Shown here in pieces: positions 57,108 to 64,000 of a stretch of 64,000 bases of DNA. Below the pieces are notes generated by a model, which was given only the letters and a program-made list of their open reading frames with translations, ran no database searches and had not been told where the DNA came from. Position 1 is the first letter of the stretch; the number at the start of each line of letters is the position of its first letter. The DNA lies in the IMG/VR virus record IMGVR_UViG_3300008954_000037. One strand, given 5' to 3'. The translations under genes were made by a program, and so were the position numbers. The DNA comes from an uncultured virus (IMG/VR IMGVR_UViG_3300008954_000037) (lineage: Duplodnaviria > Heunggongvirae > Uroviricota > Caudoviricetes).

Positions 57108-57427
57108 TACGCCACCTCACCCTGGAAGAAGGTATCGTCGTCGTCGTCGTGGCGGAACGTGGGCGTGCCTTCACCCATCCAGGCCCCGGAGGTGTTGAAG
57201 TCGAACCACGTCACCGCCTCCTCGTAGTTGCAGTCCATCCACTTCTCAATGGCCTTGATGCACAGGTCGGCGTCGTAGATGAACACCCATTCTCGGGCTG
57301 TACGAGGCCAGTGATCCTTGGGGTCACAGGTCCGACCGACGATGGCCACGTCGTACACGTCCCGAGGCTCCAGCAGCAGCGCGTCTGGGGCGTTATCCTC
57401 CATCCACTTCAAGATCTCAAGCCGCAT
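57107..57427 (-). CDS. Phage-type hypothetical protein (AIVG..YD..EEA..FDFN..GAWMGEGTP)
   Basis: Motif recalled as common in uncultured phage proteins. Confidence 0.65.
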   Translation of the reverse strand: MRLEILKWMEDNAPDALLLEPRDVYDVAIVGRTCDPKDHWPRTAREWVFIYDADLCIKAIEKWMDCNYEEAVTWFDFNTSGAWMGEGTPTFRHDDDDDTFFQGEVA

Positions 57428-58347
57428 CGGTCACCCCCCTGTCGATTCTGAGTTTTGTTTTCCGCAAGCTCGATCCACCCCGAGGGGGCATTGGCGGCGG
57501 CCTTTTGGATCCTCTCGACGAGCGTGATGGCGGGGCGGGCGTCCTCCACCCCGAAGCCGTCGCGAACCAGGGTGCGCTTGTAGACCTGGGTGTGCAGGTC
57601 GCCAAAGCCGGTGGACAGGTCGACCGTCACATCCCCCACCGACAGGCGCCGGTAGGAGGCCCCCACCCCCTCGGGGATGTCGCTGGCCCGCAGAGACAGA
57701 AACCACTTCACGTCCACGTCACGCAGCGCCAGGACGCCACGCATGCAGTCCGGCTCGGCGGTGGACACCACGAACCGCTGCACCGGCCCGAAAAGCATGA
57801 TGAGCAGGTCGAAGAAGTGGACTCCGATGTTCATGGCCACGCCGCCAGAGAGCTTGGGGTCTCCCTTCCACGACTCGTGGTACCACGGGCCTCGGCGGGT
57901 GATGTAGGTGATGTCGACGTTGCGGCGCCGGCCAGCCGGGGCGCCCACCTTCAACAGGGCCTCGTGCAGCCGCAGTTGCAGGACACAGAAGGCCCGCTGC
58001 CCGGTTTCCGCCTCCACCGCTGCGATGTTGTCCAACTCCCCTGTGGTCAGGGCCATGGGCTTCTCGGACAGGACGTTGGCCCCGGCGCGCATGGCCCTGT
58101 TGATCTGAGCGGTGTGGTGATGGTTGGGTGAGCAGATGACCACCCAATCCACCTCCAAAGCCTCCACACGGCCCCAGAACACCTCCTCGTCGGTGGTAAA
58201 CTCAGCCTCGGGGAAGTGTTGGTCCAACACCCCCACCGAGTCATGGGGGTCGTGAGCCAGCACCAGCTTGTTGCCAGTCGCGTGAATGGCTTGGAGGTGT
58301 CTGGGGGCAACGAAGCCCGCTGCCCCCAGCAGCGCAAAGGTCAGCAT
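57409..58347 (-). CDS. wbpB: Gfo/Idh/MocA oxidoreductase, UDP-GlcNAcA 3-dehydrogenase-like
   Basis: FALLGAAGFVAPRHL, DSVG, EKP, RGPWYHESWKGD..SGGVAMNIGVHFFD match WbpB-type enzymes. Confidence 0.8.
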   Translation of the reverse strand: MLTFALLGAAGFVAPRHLQAIHATGNKLVLAHDPHDSVGVLDQHFPEAEFTTDEEVFWGRVEALEVDWVVICSPNHHHTAQINRAMRAGANVLSEKPMALTTGELDNIAAVEAETGQRAFCVLQLRLHEALLKVGAPAGRRRNVDITYITRRGPWYHESWKGDPKLSGGVAMNIGVHFFDLLIMLFGPVQRFVVSTAEPDCMRGVLALRDVDVKWFLSLRASDIPEGVGASYRRLSVGDVTVDLSTGFGDLHTQVYKRTLVRDGFGVEDARPAITLVERIQKAAANAPSGWIELAENKTQNRQGGDRCGLRS

Positions 58348-58510
58348 TTCTTCGCCTCCTCGACCCGTTGGAGATGCCCCTCGATGGCGGCGTTGGGGTC
58401 GGGTTCGTCCAGGGCGAAGATGCGCGGGCTGTCGACGTTGGCGACCTTGTGTGTGGTGATTTCCCTCATTTGCTCTCTCCTTCGCAGAAGACGATCAGGT
58501 CTGTGCCCAT

Positions 58511-58780
58511 CTACCCCTCCTCGGCGGCTTCACGCTTGGCGTCCCAAACCTGGGCCTCCTCGTAGGTCAGACCATCTGGCACGGGGTCACGCTTCATGCG
58601 GCGGCGCTCCTTGGCGAAGCCGGCCTCGGTCTCGGTCTGCATCCGCATGCGGGGGGCCTGCAAGATCTGAATGGCCCGCACACCACCACACTCCGGGCAC
58701 GGCTTCACGTCCTGGCTCGGACGCTTCCAGATGATGAATCGGGCGTTGCAACCCTTGCACTTCACGTCGTAACTCGGCAT
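58511..58780 (-). CDS. FmdB-family zinc-ribbon protein
   Basis: MPSYDVKCKGC...CPECG. Confidence 0.7.
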   Translation of the reverse strand: MPSYDVKCKGCNARFIIWKRPSQDVKPCPECGGVRAIQILQAPRMRMQTETEAGFAKERRRMKRDPVPDGLTYEEAQVWDAKREAAEEG

Positions 58781-58799
58781 CTCAATTCTCCTTCCCGCC

Positions 58800-59453
58800 T
58801 CAGCGGAGCCCTCCAGGCTTTTGCAAGTCCCAGCCACGCATCACCACGAGCCCTCGGGTGACGCCCTCAGCGCCCTCGACTTCAACGGTCGCGGGCTTGC
58901 CGGCGACGATCACCTTGGGGAAGGACAACAGCGGCAGCCGGTCGCGGGTGGGTGCGTGTTCGATGGAGAGGGTCTCCAACTGCTGATCCATCCGACACAT
59001 CCAAACTTCGATCCGGGCCATCACGTCCCAGACAGGGTCGCCGGAGGGGGTGGCCGGGGTGGCGGGAGGGGTTTGACCGGGCACCAGCCACAGGCTGGCC
59101 AGCTTCCAAGTGATCTTGTCGCTCTCGTATGCAGTCACCCGGAACCGGGTCTCGGAGTCGTCGCCCAGCAGCATGGGAACATCGTCAGCGCCCCACAGCA
59201 GGATGCCCACACGGGTGATGACGCGCACCACGCAGGCGTCGACATTCTGCGACAGCATCACCGGAGAGTCGCGACCCTCAAAGGTCACCCACTCCTCCAC
59301 CACAGACGAGAACAGGCACTCACCAAGACGCATCCCCATATCCGGGTCCACCACCAAGTACGAATATGGGGTCAACTCCTCCAAGACCTTGCACTTCGGC
59401 ACGCCCTCTCGACCGCTCAAAACCTTCTGCCCAGGCTGAATCGAACCACTCAT
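58800..59453 (-). CDS. Hypothetical protein
   Basis: Start MSGSIQ with RBS. Confidence 0.5.
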   Translation of the reverse strand: MSGSIQPGQKVLSGREGVPKCKVLEELTPYSYLVVDPDMGMRLGECLFSSVVEEWVTFEGRDSPVMLSQNVDACVVRVITRVGILLWGADDVPMLLGDDSETRFRVTAYESDKITWKLASLWLVPGQTPPATPATPSGDPVWDVMARIEVWMCRMDQQLETLSIEHAPTRDRLPLLSFPKVIVAGKPATVEVEGAEGVTRGLVVMRGWDLQKPGGLR

Positions 59454-59675
59454 TTCGCCCTCCACGCCTTGAGTCGCAATCCACGTTCCGTGGCCAGGAC
59501 GCCCATCGCGGCACCCACTGCCGCAACCACCACGCCCCGTTGCCGGCCAGACGCCTTGAGCAACTCCGTATCCCCCTCGTGGACCATCGCCCACCAGTCG
59601 CCCTTGCCCGCAGGCAAGTGCAGGTTGTTCCAGAGCCGGACCCGGAACGGCCCCCACTTGGTGTCGAGGTTGGAA

Positions 59676-60173
59676 TCACTCGTAGATGCCATCGGTGGCC
59701 TCCGGCAGATCATCGGTGAAGGTCACCTTCTCACCCTCGTATCCCACGGTGCGGTTGTTGTAGACGAGGACGTGAGAGTCCACCGTCATCCCCTCGTTGA
59801 CGAAGCGACCACCGTTGCGGGTAGGCACCCACCAGCCACGCGCTTTTTGACTGGCCAACCCCCACTTCTCCAAGAAGCTGTAGTCGCGGCTGCGAACGTA
59901 GGGGCGGGGAGCCTCAGTGTTGAGGTGGTAGGCCCGTGCATCGCGGTCGAAGGCGTCCACCAGCCAGCCCAGAATCTGGGCAAAGCCCGCCCGGAAGGGG
60001 CGGCGGTAGACCTTGGCCTTCTGGCCGCAGCAGGGGCAGACGACCCCGTGCGGGGTGAGGGCCTCCCTGGCGACGTATTTGCGCGCATCGGCCATCTCCA
60101 CACGCTCCATGCCGCGAGGCAGGATCGACCACAGCGACAATTTGAGTTTCGATTTCTCCGTACCGTTGACCAT
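59676..60173 (-). CDS. Hypothetical protein (CPCC, winged-helix-like)
   Basis: RBS aggag; CPCCGQKAKVYRR. Confidence 0.6.
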   Translation of the reverse strand: MVNGTEKSKLKLSLWSILPRGMERVEMADARKYVAREALTPHGVVCPCCGQKAKVYRRPFRAGFAQILGWLVDAFDRDARAYHLNTEAPRPYVRSRDYSFLEKWGLASQKARGWWVPTRNGGRFVNEGMTVDSHVLVYNNRTVGYEGEKVTFTDDLPEATDGIYE

Positions 60174-60559
60174 CTGACTCTCCTAATCTGAAATGTCGGT
60201 GGGGCGCCCTTCCATGCAGGAACGCTCTGACGACGCCACCGATCGCCGCTCACTTGCTGATGCCTCGATGTCCCTTGGGCCGAGAGGCTTACGGCTTCCC
60301 CTATGTTGGGCGGGCCGTGAGCGACCCGAGGAGGTGCGGCCCTCCACTTGGTGGTTGCCGAGCGCGGCCAGGATGGCATCGCCCAGACGATCGAACAGGT
60401 CACCACCCCTGCGAAGCTGTGTCGCCCGGTGGTCCAGGCGGTCAGCGGTGTTGTGGCAGAGGTTGCGGCCAACCTCGCAGACGACGGCAGCGCCCAGAGG
60501 GGTGAACAGCTTGGTGATCAGGCCCGCAGTGAAGATCAGCCGCCCTGGGAGGTCACGCA

Positions 60560-60793
60560 TCAGATGTCTCCTTTCCAGAGGCCGAAGGCGAGTCCACAGG
60601 CCCCGATCACGACTGCCACCACCACTGCCAGAACGATCCCAGCGACGACCACCACAACGGGCACCCAGAGCGGCGACAATACCCACAGCCACGACCAGTC
60701 GATGACGCCGACGAGTTTCAAGCCGATGAACAGCATCAGCAGCATAGACGCCGTGCTGGTGCTGTGGCCCACTACGGAGGGGTTGTCGCGCAT
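60560..60793 (-). CDS. Small membrane protein (LKLxGVIDWSWLWVLSPLW)
   Basis: Common phage two-TM motif. Confidence 0.65.
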   Translation of the reverse strand: MRDNPSVVGHSTSTASMLLMLFIGLKLVGVIDWSWLWVLSPLWVPVVVVVAGIVLAVVVAVVIGACGLAFGLWKGDI

Positions 60794-61001
60794 CGAGAGC
60801 CTCCTTTCTGTTTGGTGACCAGAGCCTCGACCCCCTCGTAAGGCGGCGGATCAGCGCCCATCGCGACGTACATGAGGTGCAGGTTCACCAGATGGTTCAG
60901 GCACGGGATGCAGGTCACCTTGTGCCAGTCAGGCGCGATGCGCCGGGCCTGGGGGTGGTTGCAGAGCGGGTTCATGGTCGGGCCGTTGATGTAGTGGGTC
61001 T

Positions 61002-61421
61002 TCACGCTGTCTCCTGCGCGGCCCACCACCCCTCGACGGCGACCATGGCATCGACGCGGCTGCCGTAGCGGGGCGTCATCTCCTCGTCGGTGGCCTCCTC
61101 GCCGCAGACGTACCAGAGCCCCCCTTCCACGTCGGCCACACAGCGTCCGCTGGCAGCGTGTTGCCTCATGGCTCCGTATGTTTCGGCCTTGATCCAACCC
61201 TCCCGCTCCGGCGACGGGATGCCCAGGATGACCTCGTCCCACTCAGCCATGGTGCCGTCGATGTCGACGTAAGTCTGGTCGCCGTCCGCATCTGCCATGG
61301 GTTGATAGAGCCTCAACCCACCATCCCTCATCGTAAAAACCTCGGTGACGAGGGAGAGGTTCACACGGACGGAGAGCCCGTTGAGGGTCTCGCCCACCAG
61401 CCAGTCAGCGTAGCGTTTCAT
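61002..61421 (-). CDS. Hypothetical protein
   Basis: Coupled ORF in the minus-strand cluster. Confidence 0.5.
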   Translation of the reverse strand: MKRYADWLVGETLNGLSVRVNLSLVTEVFTMRDGGLRLYQPMADADGDQTYVDIDGTMAEWDEVILGIPSPEREGWIKAETYGAMRQHAASGRCVADVEGGLWYVCGEEATDEEMTPRYGSRVDAMVAVEGWWAAQETA

Positions 61422-61702
61422 CCCATCCTCACTTCGCCCCGTTGGGCCTTGTCACGGGCCTTGGTCAGCGCGTCGATGAGGGTAGTGGCCTTGGCGCTGA
61501 CCTCGGCGCGCTCCTCGGGCGCTCCCAGGCCGTCGCCAGAGGGGGTCGAACGGGTGTGCCAGACGGTCACCCTCCACCCCCCATCGGCCCAGGCGGTGAT
61601 CTTAACGGTGACGAGCTTGACGCTGACCTTGAACGCCTTGGCGGCGGCCTTCATCAGGTCGTTGCGGGCCTTGCTGATGTACGCGGTTGCCAGACGGCTC
61701 AT
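61418..61702 (-). CDS. Hypothetical protein
   Basis: RBS aaggag; coupled. Confidence 0.55.
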   Translation of the reverse strand: MSRLATAYISKARNDLMKAAAKAFKVSVKLVTVKITAWADGGWRVTVWHTRSTPSGDGLGAPEERAEVSAKATTLIDALTKARDKAQRGEVRMG

Positions 61703-62868
61703 GCTTTCTCCTTGCTGTTGTGGAACGCCATGGCGACCTCCAATACGTCCTTGTCGACGGACAGCAGCGCCTTGGCGGCGGCAAGGGTGGCGCCACTGGT
61801 GCCCATCTTCCAGCCGAAGGCCAGCGTGTGCTGGATACGATCTGGAGACACCGACCGGGCATCCGAGAGCAGCGCCAACGCCACCTTCAACTCGGCCTTG
61901 ACCTTGTCCTTCGTGGACCGCAGCCCGTCTCGCTCGGTCTGCGTGGCGGTGTAGTCGACAATGACCGCGTCATGCTTGGCGCGGAGATCTGCCAACGCCT
62001 CCTGCGCGCACTTCAACTCAAACGACAGGTCGTTGCAGTTGGTAGCCAGGGTGGTGTGGGCGACTTCGACATCCTTCAGCTTCGCCTCCAGGGTCTTGAC
62101 CTGGGCTTCGGCCTCATCAGCGCGCTCGGAGTGCTTGACCGCCATCGCCAGCGCCTCCTCGACCTCCTCGGAGCCTGCGGCTGCCGTGGGGAGAGGTGGT
62201 GGTGCTGGGGTGGTCGCTGCCGCCTCAGATGGGGCCTGTGACTGTGACTCCATGGCCACCCGCATGTCTCGGGTGGACGCCGACAAGGGGCCGCCGCCCG
62301 CCACGAATGCCTCCACCGCCGCATGTAGGACGTTCCTACCGCCGTACTGCTTAACCAGGGCGCTGTAGTATTTAGCGAGCCGCTTGTTGGGCTTGTCGAT
62401 GGCTTTGCCAATCTCGACCCAGCCCCGACCCTCACCCTTGAGGCGACACATCGTCAAGACTTGGCCCACTGTCCATGTACGGGTATTGGACGCCTTTTGG
62501 GATGGCACCACCGTCAATGTGGGTACCGCTGGCTTGGTGACTGCAAGGCCCAGGGTCTCTGCGACTCGGTGGGCGTCCGAGTGCTGTAGACGTACCACCT
62601 TGAGGCCAAGATCTGAGGCCACGCCCGACGCCGACGCATCGGCGCCGTGACCCATCCAACGGGTCAGCAGCACCATGTGGCTTGGGGCTGGGGTGGTGTC
62701 GGAGTAGATGGTCTCCCACTTCATTCGCCCATCACCGGGCCACCATCGGCTCACGATGACGCCCACCTTTTTCCACCGGGCGAATAGCTCCATGTTTTGT
62801 CGGCGCTGGCCACCTGTGACCCAGACCACGACCTTGGTCGGACTCTTTGTTTTGCGTTGTGCGTTCAT
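61699..62868 (-). CDS. Multi-domain protein with C-terminal coiled coil
   Basis: Start MNAQRK after aaggag; heptad-rich C-terminus. Confidence 0.65.
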   Translation of the reverse strand: MNAQRKTKSPTKVVVWVTGGQRRQNMELFARWKKVGVIVSRWWPGDGRMKWETIYSDTTPAPSHMVLLTRWMGHGADASASGVASDLGLKVVRLQHSDAHRVAETLGLAVTKPAVPTLTVVPSQKASNTRTWTVGQVLTMCRLKGEGRGWVEIGKAIDKPNKRLAKYYSALVKQYGGRNVLHAAVEAFVAGGGPLSASTRDMRVAMESQSQAPSEAAATTPAPPPLPTAAAGSEEVEEALAMAVKHSERADEAEAQVKTLEAKLKDVEVAHTTLATNCNDLSFELKCAQEALADLRAKHDAVIVDYTATQTERDGLRSTKDKVKAELKVALALLSDARSVSPDRIQHTLAFGWKMGTSGATLAAAKALLSVDKDVLEVAMAFHNSKEKA

Positions 62869-63077
62869 CCTACTCTCCTTTGCTTGCGTTTTGGGCGTCG
62901 GCAACCGTTGCTTCTGCCCCGAATCTGAGTTTTGATTCTACTTCCGCACCACCTCAAACACTGACGTAGGTGCAGCCGCCATGATCAGGTCGTACACCCG
63001 ATGGTTGTGCGGATAGACGGTGTGTTGGAGGTGGTAGCGGTCGCGGCAGAATAGGGTCGCTGGATGGGGTTGGTTCA

Positions 63078-63275
63078 TCAGATGTCCTCCTGGGTGCCGG
63101 CATTCTTGTCAGGGACGGCGTGCAGAAGCAGAAGCTCCAGCAGGGAGGCGATATGGTCCAGATCCCCAGGCATCACGCTCACCGTCCGTTTGTTCTCGCG
63201 GGCCACCTCGGCCTGCTGCCGGAGCCACCGAATCTTGTTCTCCGCAACCGCCTTCAAATCAACAGACATCGTCAT
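63078..63275 (-). CDS. Small hypothetical protein
   Basis: ORF with RBS ggagg. Confidence 0.45.
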   Translation of the reverse strand: MTMSVDLKAVAENKIRWLRQQAEVARENKRTVSVMPGDLDHIASLLELLLLHAVPDKNAGTQEDI

Positions 63276-63379
63276 CCCTCCCAGAGCGCCGACGCGCCCA
63301 GAACCATGAGACCCCGGCGAACACGACCAGAACCCCTACGGGGACCGCCGCCAGAAGGGCGTAGCCCCACATGGGAAAC

Positions 63380-63562
63380 TCAGCCGTCATCGCTACCCTC
63401 CGGGCCGCAGCCGTCATCGAGCGGCGGCAACTCCGTCCCCACCTTGCAGCGGCTGTGCCCGCAGACTCGACACTGACCCCGTTGGATGCCGTTGTAGATG
63501 TTGCACTGGCAGCATCCCCAGCCAGGGGCCAAATGGGGGATGTCTTCAAGGCTCTTGCACAT
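63380..63562 (-). CDS. Small Cys-rich protein
   Basis: WGCCQC..N..CRVCGH Zn-finger-like pattern. Confidence 0.5.
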   Translation of the reverse strand: MCKSLEDIPHLAPGWGCCQCNIYNGIQRGQCRVCGHSRCKVGTELPPLDDGCGPEGSDDG

Positions 63563-63760
63563 GGTTCGTCTCCATCCACACCCCCCGCCCGGCCAGCAGG
63601 CCCCGTTGCCTGCCGGCCAGGAGGGGAGCGCCAGTGTAGCCGGAGCCCTGACAACCCCTGACCACGTCCTTTACTTTGTCCTCCAAGACAATCCCGGCCC
63701 CCACGAGCAGCGTCTTCGGATGCTCCTCACGCGGCACCTAGGGCTGCGGTAGTCGGCGCG

Positions 63761-64000
63761 TTACCGACCGAACAACCGCTGCTGCACACCCTGCTCGCGG
63801 ATTCGAGACAGCCCGTAGTGGAAGTACGTGCCGTCGATCTCACAGCCGTAGGCACGCCGCTCAAGCTCTCGCACCGCTACGCAGGCCGTGAACAAGCCGC
63901 CGAAGGGTTCCCACACCACGTCACCGGGGTTGCTTGACGCCTCAATGACCCTCCGCACAAGGTCGAGTGGCTTCTGGTTCAGGTGGACAGCCCGCCCGTT
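63761..64000 (-). CDS. DNA (N4/N6) methyltransferase, C-terminal part (truncated by window edge)
   Basis: HLNQKPLDL..IEASSNPGDVVWEPFGG..GCEID, a beta-class MTase pattern. Confidence 0.85.
   Translation of the reverse strand, partial: NGRAVHLNQKPLDLVRRVIEASSNPGDVVWEPFGGLFTACVAVRELERRAYGCEIDGTYFHYGLSRIREQGVQQRLFGR

Overview
This GC-rich, densely coding window looks like one continuous segment of a large bacterial virus or provirus. No rRNA, tRNA or CRISPR was seen, and no terminase, portal or tail genes were recognised. Layout: (1) 1-8.8 kb: D5/P4-type primase-helicase, a probable iteron origin, VRR-NUC nuclease, amidase, small membrane/lysis-like genes and an SF2 helicase. (2) 8.9-24 kb: a structural-looking operon with a transglutaminase-like protein, a very basic core-like protein, beta-rich putative jelly-roll capsid proteins and many C-terminally membrane-anchored proteins, interleaved with acidic Ocr/ArdA-like DNA-mimic candidates. 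(3) 24-45 kb, the most unusual region: an array of modular proteins sharing a ~49-aa basic tag (YKYRVTGPRGGKYLT(S/T)TRxEAEKLTRxGG...KVKNP). The tag is N-terminal in six tandem genes, C-terminal in two and degenerate on three large enzymes. Unrelated cargo domains are separated by about 35-40 basic-x-Asn-Pro ('RRNP') motifs. Cargo includes two SNF2 helicases, a DdrB-like ParB domain, a GHKL ATPase-metallopeptidase and a papain-like domain. I infer an undescribed tag-and-delimiter system for packaging and possibly processing counter-defence proteins. (4) 45-64 kb: cell-wall enzymes, a sugar-modification cluster, a Cre-like recombinase, small hypotheticals and a partial DNA methyltransferase. An AT-rich 18-bp motif (AAATCTGAGTTTCGATTT) recurs about 20 times, often at gene boundaries. 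All family assignments are by-eye motif recognition, not database searches.
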